Virus record (IMG/VR): IMGVR_UViG_3300030109_004892
Span: 1-60,083 of that record
Length of the DNA stretch: 60,083 bases
Origin: a virus
Lineage: Duplodnaviria > Caudoviricetes
Reading direction: 5' to 3' (one strand)
Shown here: in pieces, positions 47,073 through 56,201 of the stretch
Numbering within the stretch: the stretch's first letter is position 1
Layout: every line of letters starts with the position of its first letter
The notes under the pieces: model-generated
The model's input: the letters and a program-made list of their open reading frames with translations, nothing else
Database searches by the model: none
Told to the model about the DNA's origin: nothing
Position numbers and translations under genes: made by a program

Positions 47073-47506
47073 CCAGTAAAAAAGAGTTAAAAATGCGAAA
47101 GCTTTATTTTGATTTAGGAAGAGATGATTATATGGCTATGGATGAATATCTTCAGAGTGGACAAGCAAAAAAAGATCTTAAAGAAGCAGGTTTTAAAAAA
47201 GGCGGATATGTTAAATCATCTGCTCAAACCTCAGTAATTCCTGGAGCAAAAGTCAAGGGTAGTGCACAAGGGTCCACGATCCCCGGTGCAAAAGCTAAAG
47301 GTTCGGCAGAAGGTTCTGTTATTCCTATGAAAATGAAACATGGGGGTGATCCAAAAAAAGGTAGTATGTTAAGTATTACTATTGAGAAAAAACCAATTGA
47401 TAAAAAAACAATGAATATGATTAAGGAAGCAGAAAAAACAGGTAATGTTGTTAAAATGAAATCAGGTGGCCTAGCGAAACGTGGCTACGGAAAGGCAAGA
47501 AGATAA
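47069..47506 (+). CDS. Basic small protein with xxxGG motifs and internal repeat
   Basis: FKKGG, MKHGG, MKSGG; (K)xSAQxSxIPGAK x3. Confidence 0.7.
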   Translation: MTSKKELKMRKLYFDLGRDDYMAMDEYLQSGQAKKDLKEAGFKKGGYVKSSAQTSVIPGAKVKGSAQGSTIPGAKAKGSAEGSVIPMKMKHGGDPKKGSMLSITIEKKPIDKKTMNMIKEAEKTGNVVKMKSGGLAKRGYGKARR

Positions 47507-49911
47507 TGGCAGTTGAAAGACCAGCAGGTTATGATCCAGCACCATCAGATCCGATGGGTGATGCTTCTAATGAAATAGAAATTCAAGAAGAAATAGGAGA
47601 AGGAATTATTGAAAACGAAGATGGTTCTGTAACTATTGGAGCAGAGGAAGAGATACAAGAAGATATTCCTTTTGGTGCTAACTTAGCAGAAATTTTAGAA
47701 GATGATGTATTAGAATCAATTTCATCTGAACTGAGAGAACAATTTGAAGATGATAAGTCTTCACGAGATGAATGGTATTTTTCTTACACAAAAGGTTTAG
47801 ATCTTTTAGGATTTAAATATCAAGAAAGATCACAGCCATTTCAAGGAGCAAGTAATGTTACACATCCACTTTTAGCAGAAGCTGTTACACAGTTTCAAGC
47901 ACAAGCATATAAAGAATTACTTCCAAGCGGGGGCCCTGTTAAATGTAATGTGGTAGGAGTACAAGATGTTCAAGTAGAAGAACAGGCGCAACGTGTTAAA
48001 GAATACATGAACTTTCTTATTACAGAAGAAATGGAAGAGTATGATGCAGACACAGACCAATTACTTTTTTATTTACCACTAGCAGGTTCTTCTTTTAAAA
48101 AAATTTATTACGATGCAGGATTAGCACGACCTGTATCTAAATTTATTCCGAGTGAAGATTTAATTGTTCCTTATTTAGCAACCGATTTACAATCAGCAGA
48201 ACGAGTGACGCATGTCATAAAAATGACAAAAAATGAAATTCGTAAAGCTCAGGTTGCAGGGTTGTATAGAGATGTAGAATTAATGAATCCAGATATGGAT
48301 GAAGACCGTATTCAAAAAAAATATAATCAATTAGAAGGTGTTTCTAAAGTTAACTATGATGAGTTGTATGAAATTTTGGAGATGCATTGCGATTTAGACA
48401 TAGAAGGTTTCGAAGATCAAGACGAGCAATCAGGAGAACCTACAGGTATAAAGATTCCATATGTTGTTACTATTGACGAGGGAACAGGAAAAATTTTATC
48501 CATCTACAGAAACTACCGAGAAGAAGATCCCCTTAGAAAAAAAATACCATACTTCATTCATTATAAATTTTTACCAGGTCTTGGTTTTTATGGCTTTGGC
48601 CTTATTCATATGTTGGGGGGTTTGTCCAGGACTGCTACGGCAGCTCTCCGTCAACTCGTTGATGCGGGAACATTATCTAATTTACCAGCAGGATTTAAAG
48701 CACGAGGGATTAGAATTGCTGATGATGATACACCATTACAACCAGGAGAGTTCAGAGACATAGATGCACCAAGCGGTGATCTTCGACAAGGTCTTATGCC
48801 TCTTCCTTACAAGGGACCTGATCAAACTTTATTTGCTTTATTAGGTTATGTAGTTGATGCAGGAAAAAGATTTGCTTCTGTAGCAGATCAGAAAATGGGT
48901 GAAGGTTCACAAGCAAACCCAGTTGGTACAACAATGGCTATTATTGAACAAGGTTCAAAAGTCATGAGTGCTATTCATAAAAGATTACACTATGCACAAC
49001 GAAAAGAATTTAAAATTTTAGCAAGAATTATTCAAGATTACTTACCACCAGAGTATCCATATGCAGTGGTGGGTGGTAATCAAATGATTAAGCAAACTGA
49101 TTTTGATAATCGTGTGGATGTTATGCCGGTTTCGGACCCTAATATCTTTTCTATGTCTCAACGTATTACGTTGGCACAAACACAATTACAATTAGCACAA
49201 GCAAACCCCCAAATACACAACCAATATGAGGCCTATAGACGTATGTATCAGGCAATGGGGGTACAAAATATAGAGGCATTACTTCCGCCTCCACCAAAAC
49301 CTATGCCAATGGATCCGGCAGTAGAGAATTCACAGATGTTGTTGCAAAAACCAGCGATGGCTTTTCCTCAACAAGATCATCTTGCTCATATTGACACGCA
49401 CCGTGCCTTTATGTCGACGTATTTAGTGAAAAATTCTCCACCAGTTTTGTCTTTAATACAGTCACATATTTCTCAACACATTAGTGAACAAGCAAAAGAG
49501 GAAGTTATGATGAAAAATCAACAAGAAATACAAAATTTAACACAACAATATGGTGGTCAGATACCACCAGAACTACAACAACAGTTCGATATTGAAATTG
49601 CTAAACAAACTGCTGTTAGAATTAAAGAATTAACAGAAGAAATGGTAGCAGAAGAGCAAGAATATCTAGAAGGAATGCAACAAGACCCACTAGTTACACT
49701 TAAAAAAGAAGAATTAGGTCTACGTGCAGAAGAATTAGAGCTTCGAGCTCAAAAAGATGGTGAAAGACTTGCACTTGATGAACAAAAAGCAGAGATTGAC
49801 GCTCTTCAAGAGCAAGAAAAAATTGATAATGCTAATAGACACGCTACAATTAGAGAAGAAATACAGCTAAAAAAGATTGATCAACCTTCTAAACTAAGGA
49901 ATAAATATTAG
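47506..49911 (+). CDS. Portal protein
   Basis: HPLLAEA..QFQA...ELLP..GPV; FLPG.GFYG.GL; PGEFRD; follows TerL. Confidence 0.9.
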   Translation: MAVERPAGYDPAPSDPMGDASNEIEIQEEIGEGIIENEDGSVTIGAEEEIQEDIPFGANLAEILEDDVLESISSELREQFEDDKSSRDEWYFSYTKGLDLLGFKYQERSQPFQGASNVTHPLLAEAVTQFQAQAYKELLPSGGPVKCNVVGVQDVQVEEQAQRVKEYMNFLITEEMEEYDADTDQLLFYLPLAGSSFKKIYYDAGLARPVSKFIPSEDLIVPYLATDLQSAERVTHVIKMTKNEIRKAQVAGLYRDVELMNPDMDEDRIQKKYNQLEGVSKVNYDELYEILEMHCDLDIEGFEDQDEQSGEPTGIKIPYVVTIDEGTGKILSIYRNYREEDPLRKKIPYFIHYKFLPGLGFYGFGLIHMLGGLSRTATAALRQLVDAGTLSNLPAGFKARGIRIADDDTPLQPGEFRDIDAPSGDLRQGLMPLPYKGPDQTLFALLGYVVDAGKRFASVADQKMGEGSQANPVGTTMAIIEQGSKVMSAIHKRLHYAQRKEFKILARIIQDYLPPEYPYAVVGGNQMIKQTDFDNRVDVMPVSDPNIFSMSQRITLAQTQLQLAQANPQIHNQYEAYRRMYQAMGVQNIEALLPPPPKPMPMDPAVENSQMLLQKPAMAFPQQDHLAHIDTHRAFMSTYLVKNSPPVLSLIQSHISQHISEQAKEEVMMKNQQEIQNLTQQYGGQIPPELQQQFDIEIAKQTAVRIKELTEEMVAEEQEYLEGMQQDPLVTLKKEELGLRAEELELRAQKDGERLALDEQKAEIDALQEQEKIDNANRHATIREEIQLKKIDQPSKLRNKY

Positions 49912-49912
49912 A

Positions 49913-50155
49913 ATGTTTAATATACATCATTTAGATGGTAATGATGCAGATATTAATAATTTAACTGCTATTGTCTATAATTCTATTCATGAATTATTAG
50001 TTAGAGATAAACTTGATCCAGTTCACTTGGCTATTGCCCTAACTTGTGCATCAAGAATGTTATTAAAAGATTTTGTAAATGGTAAGGATGTACCTGCTTT
50101 TGTAGAATATGCAAATAATCTCTTGATTGATCACGATAAAATCACTAAACATTAG
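49913..50155 (+). CDS. Hypothetical protein
   Basis: ORF track; operonic spacing. Confidence 0.55.
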   Translation: MFNIHHLDGNDADINNLTAIVYNSIHELLVRDKLDPVHLAIALTCASRMLLKDFVNGKDVPAFVEYANNLLIDHDKITKH

Positions 50156-50161
50156 TATATT

Positions 50162-50386
50162 ATGAAAGCAAAATATATCAATGGTTCTAAATACCCAAAT
50201 GCTAAAATGACTGTGACTACAGACATGAATCCTTATGCAGGACCTAATGTAAATAAAACTTCTATTCTTTCAACAGCATCAGCTGCTGTCGAAGGACCGA
50301 AAGTTGTTGACAATTTAGGTGCTGGACCAAAAGGTCAACGCAGTAAAGCACAAATTAAAAAGGTTCCTTTTAAAGGCGTTTTTTAA
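50162..50386 (+). CDS. Small basic virion-region protein
   Basis: Ends GPKGQ..QIKKVPFKGVF. Confidence 0.65.
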   Translation: MKAKYINGSKYPNAKMTVTTDMNPYAGPNVNKTSILSTASAAVEGPKVVDNLGAGPKGQRSKAQIKKVPFKGVF

Positions 50387-50481
50387 TGGAGTGTAAAAAC
50401 TGTGGGCATGGATGTCACTGTAGTGACGGCAGTTCTTGTCAATCATGTGATTGCAAAAACTGTGAACATGTAGTAGACTAA
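50386..50481 (+). CDS. Metallothionein-like microprotein (31 aa; 8 Cys, 3 His)
   Basis: TAATG coupling; MECKNCGHGCHCSDGSSCQSCDCKNCEHVVD. Confidence 0.65.
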   Translation: MECKNCGHGCHCSDGSSCQSCDCKNCEHVVD

Positions 50482-50504
50482 CGCACTTTAACAAAGGAGG
50501 TTGT

Positions 50505-50639
50505 ATGAACCTATTAAAAGATCTATGGGGCCATATTAAAGAATGGTCCGATTGGAAGATGAAGGACTGGATTAAGGCCGCTATCGTAGCGATCGTAGTT
50601 ATCTGGGTAATTAGCTGGATGACAGGCGGAGCAGCTTAG
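50505..50639 (+). CDS. Small membrane protein (44 aa), lysis-associated candidate
   Basis: AAGGAGG RBS; amphipathic Trp-rich helix plus TM. Confidence 0.7.
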   Translation: MNLLKDLWGHIKEWSDWKMKDWIKAAIVAIVVIWVISWMTGGAA

Positions 50640-50642
50640 ACG

Positions 50643-51038
50643 ATGGTCTGGCAACTTTTAGCAAAACCCCTACTCGGCGTTGCTGCGGATACAGTTCGTG
50701 GCTTCGTCGAGACCAAGAAAGCGAAAGCTGAATTAAAGATCACAGAAGTTAAAGCAGCTACTAAGCTGAAAGAAGATCAGATCGCCGGAAAAGTAAAATG
50801 GGAAGCATCAGCCGTGGATCAAATGAAAGGTTCGTGGAAAGACGAACTAATTTTAATTTGTCTTTTGGCTCCAGCGACACTCGTATTTTTTCCAGGAATG
50901 ACAGAACATATTCATGCTGGGTTTGTAGCCCTGCAGTCACTTCCGGACTATTATAAACACCTCTTATACATCGCCTGCTCAGCTAGCTTCGGCATCAAGG
51001 CCGGAAAAGGTGCAATGGGATTATTAAAAAAGAAATAG
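50643..51038 (+). CDS. Holin-like membrane protein
   Basis: SWKDE + TM...LP.YY...SFG pattern; near the lysozyme. Confidence 0.65.
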   Translation: MVWQLLAKPLLGVAADTVRGFVETKKAKAELKITEVKAATKLKEDQIAGKVKWEASAVDQMKGSWKDELILICLLAPATLVFFPGMTEHIHAGFVALQSLPDYYKHLLYIACSASFGIKAGKGAMGLLKKK

Positions 51039-51046
51039 GAGGACTA

Positions 51047-51319
51047 ATGAAAGATTTAAGTGGAGACGGTAAGATAACTCAAAAAGATGTTCTTATTGGT
51101 AGAGGAGTCATTAAAGCTAAAAAAGGTGGACGAGTAAAAAAGAAAAAACTTGACATTAAAAAAGCTATTAAAAAACCCGGTTCATTGCGTAAGTCTTTAG
51201 GTATAAAAAAAGGAAAAAAGATTCCTTTGAAAAAATTAAATAAAGCTGCGAAAGCACCGGGAAAATTAGGACAACGAGCAAGATTTGCCAAAACATTATC
51301 TAAACTTAGAAAAAAATAA
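51047..51319 (+). CDS. Lys-rich small protein with EF-hand/dockerin-like N-terminal loop
   Basis: DLSGDGKITQKD; AKKGG; IKKPGSL..SL...RARFA.TL. Confidence 0.7.
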   Translation: MKDLSGDGKITQKDVLIGRGVIKAKKGGRVKKKKLDIKKAIKKPGSLRKSLGIKKGKKIPLKKLNKAAKAPGKLGQRARFAKTLSKLRKK

Positions 51320-51582
51320 TGGGCAAGCTTTGTGCAAAAGGTAAGGCAGCAGCTAAACGTAAATTTAAAGTTTATCCGTCCGCTTACGCTAACATGTATG
51401 CAAGTTCAATTTGCTCTGGCAAAACAGTTGAGGGTGGAAAGAAAAAGAAAAAAGCCGGTGGTGGTATAATTAATAAAATTTCTCAACAACGAAAAAAAAT
51501 ATCTAGTTTTAATCAAGGCGGCATTGCAAAAGGATGCGGTGGAATTATGGAAAATAAACGTAAGGTAACAAAGTTTACGTAA
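51319..51582 (+). CDS. Basic small protein (PSAYAN family)
   Basis: KFKVYPSAYAN; KAGGG, FNQGG. Confidence 0.7.
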   Translation: MGKLCAKGKAAAKRKFKVYPSAYANMYASSICSGKTVEGGKKKKKAGGGIINKISQQRKKISSFNQGGIAKGCGGIMENKRKVTKFT

Positions 51583-52067
51583 TGGCTAAAAAAGGATTAA
51601 GAGCTTGGGTAAAAGAAAAGTGGGTTGACATAGGAGCCCCAAAGAAAGATGGAAAGTATCAACCTTGTGGAAGAAAAAAAGGAAGTAAAAGAAAATATCC
51701 TAAGTGTGTTCCATTGGCTAAAGCGAGGTCTATGAGTTCGTCTCAAAAAAGATCTGCTGTTTCTAGAAAAAGAGCTGCTGGTAATCCTGGTGGTAAACCA
51801 ACTAATGTAAAAACAATTATTAAAAAAGCTAATGGAGGATTGTCTTCTAAAAATTTAACTGTTCCTCAACGCATGGCAAATGCTGCTGGAATGAAACCAG
51901 TTATTGCTACTAAACCCAAAGGTGATCCTACAGGACAAAAACTAAAAGGTAAAGCATTAACAGGAGCAATTGTTCGTAAAACAAATGGAGGATTTATTGA
52001 AGTAACACCAAAAGGTTTTGGACGTATGCTTAAAAACAAAAGACCAATGACAAGGATATATACATGA
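51582..52067 (+). CDS. Basic protein (EKWVD...CGR...YPKCVP family)
   Basis: Motifs seen in translation; KANGG, KTNGG. Confidence 0.7.
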   Translation: MAKKGLRAWVKEKWVDIGAPKKDGKYQPCGRKKGSKRKYPKCVPLAKARSMSSSQKRSAVSRKRAAGNPGGKPTNVKTIIKKANGGLSSKNLTVPQRMANAAGMKPVIATKPKGDPTGQKLKGKALTGAIVRKTNGGFIEVTPKGFGRMLKNKRPMTRIYT

Positions 52068-52504
52068 ATATGGAAAGATTATTACAATCCGTTAAGGATC
52101 ACGAGGGGTACAGAAACAAGGTATACCTAGATACCCTAGGTAAGAGAACAGTGGGGGTAGGGCACCTCTGCGTCGAAGATTTTTGGGAAGATGACAAAGA
52201 GTATGAAGAAAAATTTTTAATGACTATACTAGAACATGATTTACAAACAGCAATTAAAGGTGCTGAAGACTTAATGCAAGAGCATGGATGTTCCGATATA
52301 GATGATTTAGCTAAGGAACTTATAATTGAAATGGTGTTTCAGCTTGGAAAAACAGGCGTGTCTAAGTTCCGTAATATGTGGAAACATTTATCAACACTTG
52401 AGTATTCTTTAGCGGCGAGCGAAATGCTCGATAGTCGTTGGGCAAAACAAACCCCCAACAGAGCCCAAAACATGAGTAACAAGATGAGCAGTATAGGAGC
52501 ATAG
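52064..52504 (+). CDS. Endolysin, T4-like lysozyme (GH24)
   Basis: HEG....YLDTLG..TVGVGH; EMLDSRWAKQTPNRA. Confidence 0.92.
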   Translation: MNMERLLQSVKDHEGYRNKVYLDTLGKRTVGVGHLCVEDFWEDDKEYEEKFLMTILEHDLQTAIKGAEDLMQEHGCSDIDDLAKELIIEMVFQLGKTGVSKFRNMWKHLSTLEYSLAASEMLDSRWAKQTPNRAQNMSNKMSSIGA

Positions 52505-52725
52505 TGGATATAGTAAGAGTTGTAGATTATCTCAAAAAAATATTAAAAACTAGACAAGACCAAGTAAATCAAGTTATAACATCAGATGTAAAAAACTTTG
52601 AAGAATATAAATATCTTCTAGGAAAATTACACGCTTATAAAGAAACTATACAGGAACTCACGGACCTGCTAAAAAAACAGGAGCAATATGAAGACGAAAT
52701 CGAAGATAATAACCCGAGAAAATAA
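52504..52725 (+). CDS. Small conserved protein upstream of GroES
   Basis: EEYKYL.G...; AGGAG RBS, GTG start. Confidence 0.7.
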   Translation: MDIVRVVDYLKKILKTRQDQVNQVITSDVKNFEEYKYLLGKLHAYKETIQELTDLLKKQEQYEDEIEDNNPRK

Positions 52726-53110
52726 TATCATAGATATTAATGAAAAACCCTACAAAACAAAAAAAGAAATAGGAAAAGTTCCAGATCCCACAGGTTTTAG
52801 AATTGTTTTATTTCCTTTGTTGTTAGAGAAAAAAACTAAAGCAGGTTTACATCTTACAGATGAAACTGTAGCTGAAGCACAAGTAGCTACTAATGTTTGT
52901 CGTGTTCTAAAAGTAGGACCCGATGCTTATAAAGATAAAGAAAGATTTCCCAATGGTCCTTGGTGCAAGAGTACTGATTGGGTACTTATTACCAAATATG
53001 CAGGATCTAGAATTCGTATTGATGGTGGTGAGCTTAGAATAGTGAATGATGATGAAATACTGGCGGTCATTGATCATCCAAAAGATATACTGCCAGCAAG
53101 TTTATTTTAG
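52688..53110 (+). CDS. groES: GroES-like co-chaperonin
   Basis: P.G.RIV...KTKAGL.L...V..VGP...KYAG.......RIVNDDEILAV. Confidence 0.88.
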   Translation: MKTKSKIITRENNIIDINEKPYKTKKEIGKVPDPTGFRIVLFPLLLEKKTKAGLHLTDETVAEAQVATNVCRVLKVGPDAYKDKERFPNGPWCKSTDWVLITKYAGSRIRIDGGELRIVNDDEILAVIDHPKDILPASLF

Positions 53111-53119
53111 GAGAGAAAT

Positions 53120-54008
53120 ATGGCGAAAGAAAAATTAGTTCCTTTAGATGTAACAGGCAACGCTGTTGAAGTAACTTTAAAGGATGAAGACTCTAAAGAA
53201 GAAGTTGTTGTAGAGGAAAGCAATGTAAAAGAAATTGTAGAAGAAGCTCCTCAAGAAGTTGAAACTAAAGAAGAAGTTGAAACTAAAAAAGAAGAAAAGA
53301 CTGAAGCTTCAGAAGATACAGATCCCTATAAAACTGATGACTTAGGAGACTACAGTAAAAATGTTAAAAAACGAATTAACAATCTTGTTGGCCGTATGCG
53401 AGAAATGGAAAGGCTTTACAAAGATGTTCAAGATGAAAACGAAGAATTAAAACAAAGATATACAAATGTTGGAAAAGGTTATGTATCTGAGTATGAAGGT
53501 AGAGTAACAAATGCTGCAGAAGCAGCTAAAGCTAGACTTAAAAAAGCAATAGAAGATAATGATACAGAAGGCCAAGTTTCTGCACAAGAACAGTTAGCTC
53601 AAGCTAAAGCAGACGCCACAAGATTAGCTTCTATGAAACAAGCTCAAAAAAATGATGAAAGAAATTATGCTTCTCAACCGGTTCAACAACAAGAACCCCA
53701 ACAAGATTATGCTGAACAACCGTCTTATGATCCTCGTGCAGAGGAATGGGCAGCAAGAAATGAGTGGTTTGGTGCTGATAGAATGATGACAGGAGCAGCA
53801 ATGGAACTACATAATCAACTTGTTAATGAAGAAGGATTTGACCCAACGTCAAATGAGTACTATAAAGAAGTAGATTCTCGCATGAGAAATGAGTTTCCTC
53901 ATAAAATCTGGACGCCGAGTAGTGAAGCTCACACCTTCACAAATAGCAATAGCGAAAAGACTCAATGTGCCATTGGAAGAATACGCAAAACACGTGAAGG
54001 AGGCGTAA
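53120..54008 (+). CDS. Capsid scaffolding protein, with frameshift/deletion near 53906
   Basis: Acidic N-terminus, YS..VKKRI..L, W..RN.WFG; typical C-terminus lies in the +1 frame and ends at 54008. Confidence 0.75.
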
Positions 54009-54009
54009 T

Positions 54010-54474
54010 ATGACTGAAAAATTAAAAAAATCCACACGCAAAATTGAAACCCGTGAAAAGAAAGCTCGTAAGAGAGGATGGGTTCCTCCTTCGAACTTGG
54101 ATGCACCCGAACCACCCGAAGGTTTTCACCATCGTTGGGTTCGTGCTGAATTTCGTGGCGAACAAGATGAAAAAAACATCATGGCTCGTTTACGATCAGG
54201 ATATGAATTTGTAAGAAAAGAAGAGTATCCTGACAGAATGGATCTTCCGTCTATTAGTGATGGAAAGTTCAAAGGTGTTATTGGAGTCGGAGGATTATTA
54301 TTGATGCGTTGTCCGATAGAAGTTAAGGAAGATAGGGATGCCTACTTCGCCGAAATTACTAAAGGAAAACAAGATTCCATTGATAATGATCTTATGAAAG
54401 ACGAGCACCCTTCTATGCCTATCTCGAAAGAGAAACGCAGTAGGGTTGAATTTGGTGGAAACAAAAAGTCTTAA
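54010..54474 (+). CDS. Conserved head-morphogenesis protein
   Basis: W.PP..L.AP.PP.G..HRWVR...GYE.V...GGL.L. Confidence 0.75.
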   Translation: MTEKLKKSTRKIETREKKARKRGWVPPSNLDAPEPPEGFHHRWVRAEFRGEQDEKNIMARLRSGYEFVRKEEYPDRMDLPSISDGKFKGVIGVGGLLLMRCPIEVKEDRDAYFAEITKGKQDSIDNDLMKDEHPSMPISKEKRSRVEFGGNKKS

Positions 54475-54519
54475 ATAAGTAAGGCCGATGTCTCTACCAG
54501 AGTCTAAAGGAGACATATT

Positions 54520-55125
54520 ATGGCAAATATAGATGCTGCTTTCGGATTACGACCTTTCGTAAGAGAAGGCTCTTCATATAATACCCAAGGTATGAATGCT
54601 TATGCTATTCAAACTGCTAGTATAGCTGGCGTTGCTAATGAAATTTTTACAGGACAAGGGGTAATACCTCTAGCTACTGGAGTAATTAGTTATGCAGGTG
54701 CAGCAGCAGGTGGCACAGTACCATATCTCGGTGTTTTTATGGGCTGTAAATATACAGCACTAGACGGCACGCCAACGTGGTCAGCTTATTATCCAGGCAC
54801 TGCTTCTTGTAAAGCAAATACAGAAGTTATTGGTTATATAATAGATGATCCAAATCAATTATTTTTAATAAATTGTGATGCGGCGGCAGCCGATGGACTA
54901 GTTTTTGCTAATGCAAACTTTGCTACAAGTATAACTGGAAGTACAACTTCTGGTTATTCTGCAGGCGAATTAGCAGTAAGTACAGCAAACACTACAGCCT
55001 CCCTTAACTTGAGAATTCTCGGTTTCGAAGATTCTCCTAGCAATGATGACGCAACCGTTGCTGGTCGATTAGCGATAGTTAAACTTAACGTACATTTCTT
55101 TAACACAGCGACAGGAATAAACTAA
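54520..55125 (+). CDS. Capsid cement/decoration protein
   Basis: MAN.DA.FGLRP...GVF.GC.Y...DDP; directly upstream of MCP. Confidence 0.7.
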   Translation: MANIDAAFGLRPFVREGSSYNTQGMNAYAIQTASIAGVANEIFTGQGVIPLATGVISYAGAAAGGTVPYLGVFMGCKYTALDGTPTWSAYYPGTASCKANTEVIGYIIDDPNQLFLINCDAAAADGLVFANANFATSITGSTTSGYSAGELAVSTANTTASLNLRILGFEDSPSNDDATVAGRLAIVKLNVHFFNTATGIN

Positions 55126-55139
55126 TAGGAGACTAGAAA

Positions 55140-56042
55140 ATGGCTATAAGTAGAGCACAACTAGCTAAAGAGCTAGAACCTGGTTTAAACGCCCTGTTTG
55201 GACTAGAGTACGCACGTTATGAAAACGAGGCCGCAGAAATCTTCGACAATGAATCTAGTGATAGAGCATTCGAAGAAGAGGTTATGTTGGTTGGCTTTGG
55301 CGAAGCTTCTGTAAAAGCGGAAGGTGCAGCAGTTGGTTTTGATACCGCTTCTGAATCTTTCACTGCGAGATACGTGCATGAAACAATTGCACTAGCATTC
55401 GCTTTAACGGAAGAAGCAGTCGAAGATAACTTATATGATACTTTATCTGCTCGTTATACAAAAGCATTGGCTCGTTCAATGGCGTATACAAAACAAGTTA
55501 AAGGTGCTGATGTATTAAACACAGCATTTGCAACGACTGGCGGTGATGGTGTTACTTTATGTAATACTGCACACCCAACTGCTTTAGGTGGTAACTTCTC
55601 AAACAGAAGTGCTACAGATGCAGATTTAAACGAAACCTCATTAGAACAAGCGATGATTGATATTGCTGGTTTTATCGACGAAAGAGGGCTAAAAATTGCA
55701 ATGCAGGGAAGAAAATTAATTATCCCAGTAAACATTCAATTCGTAGCTGATAGAGTCTTGAACTCAACTCTAAGAGTCGGTACTGCTGACAATGATATCA
55801 ACGCTCTGAAAAATATGGGTATGTTACCAGGTGGTTATACAGTTAACCACTATCTATCAGATACTGATGCATACTTTATTAAAACAGATTGTCCTAATGG
55901 ATTCAAACACTTCACAAGAGCTGCCCTTGCTACTGGCATGGAAGGCGATTTTGACACAGGAAATATGAGATACAAAGCTAGAGAGAGATACAGCTTTGGT
56001 TACTCTGATCCTAGAGCGGTTTACGGATCTCAAGGTTCATAA
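55140..56042 (+). CDS. Major capsid protein
   Basis: MAISRAQL.KELEPGLNALFG.EY...TEEA.EDNLY...YKARERYSFG.SDPR. Confidence 0.92.
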   Translation: MAISRAQLAKELEPGLNALFGLEYARYENEAAEIFDNESSDRAFEEEVMLVGFGEASVKAEGAAVGFDTASESFTARYVHETIALAFALTEEAVEDNLYDTLSARYTKALARSMAYTKQVKGADVLNTAFATTGGDGVTLCNTAHPTALGGNFSNRSATDADLNETSLEQAMIDIAGFIDERGLKIAMQGRKLIIPVNIQFVADRVLNSTLRVGTADNDINALKNMGMLPGGYTVNHYLSDTDAYFIKTDCPNGFKHFTRAALATGMEGDFDTGNMRYKARERYSFGYSDPRAVYGSQGS

Positions 56043-56069
56043 AAATTACTGGATCCTCCCAGATAGAAG

Positions 56070-56095
56070 AAGGCGGTTGCAAGACCGCCTTTTTT
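56070..56095 (+). terminator. Intrinsic terminator after MCP
   Basis: AAGGCGGTT-GCAA-GACCGCCTTTTTT (GNRA loop, U-tract). Confidence 0.9.
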
Positions 56096-56111
56096 GTTTT
56101 ACAATATAATT

Positions 56112-56188
56112 CCTAGTATTAATTTAGTTACGCAGACTGGCTAGGCAGACGGTATAGAGACGGCGTAGCGATAATGGTCTATACGACC
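56112..56188 (+). ncRNA. Candidate pseudoknotted cis-regulatory RNA / ncRNA
   Basis: Four helices, three interleaved; TATAAT just upstream, RBS just downstream. Confidence 0.55.
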
Positions 56189-56201
56189 AAAGGAGAATAA
56201 A

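Noticed and set aside
53254-53290. Tandem GAAGTTGAAACTAAA duplication in the scaffold gene
   Set aside because: Ordinary slippage in a low-complexity acidic linker
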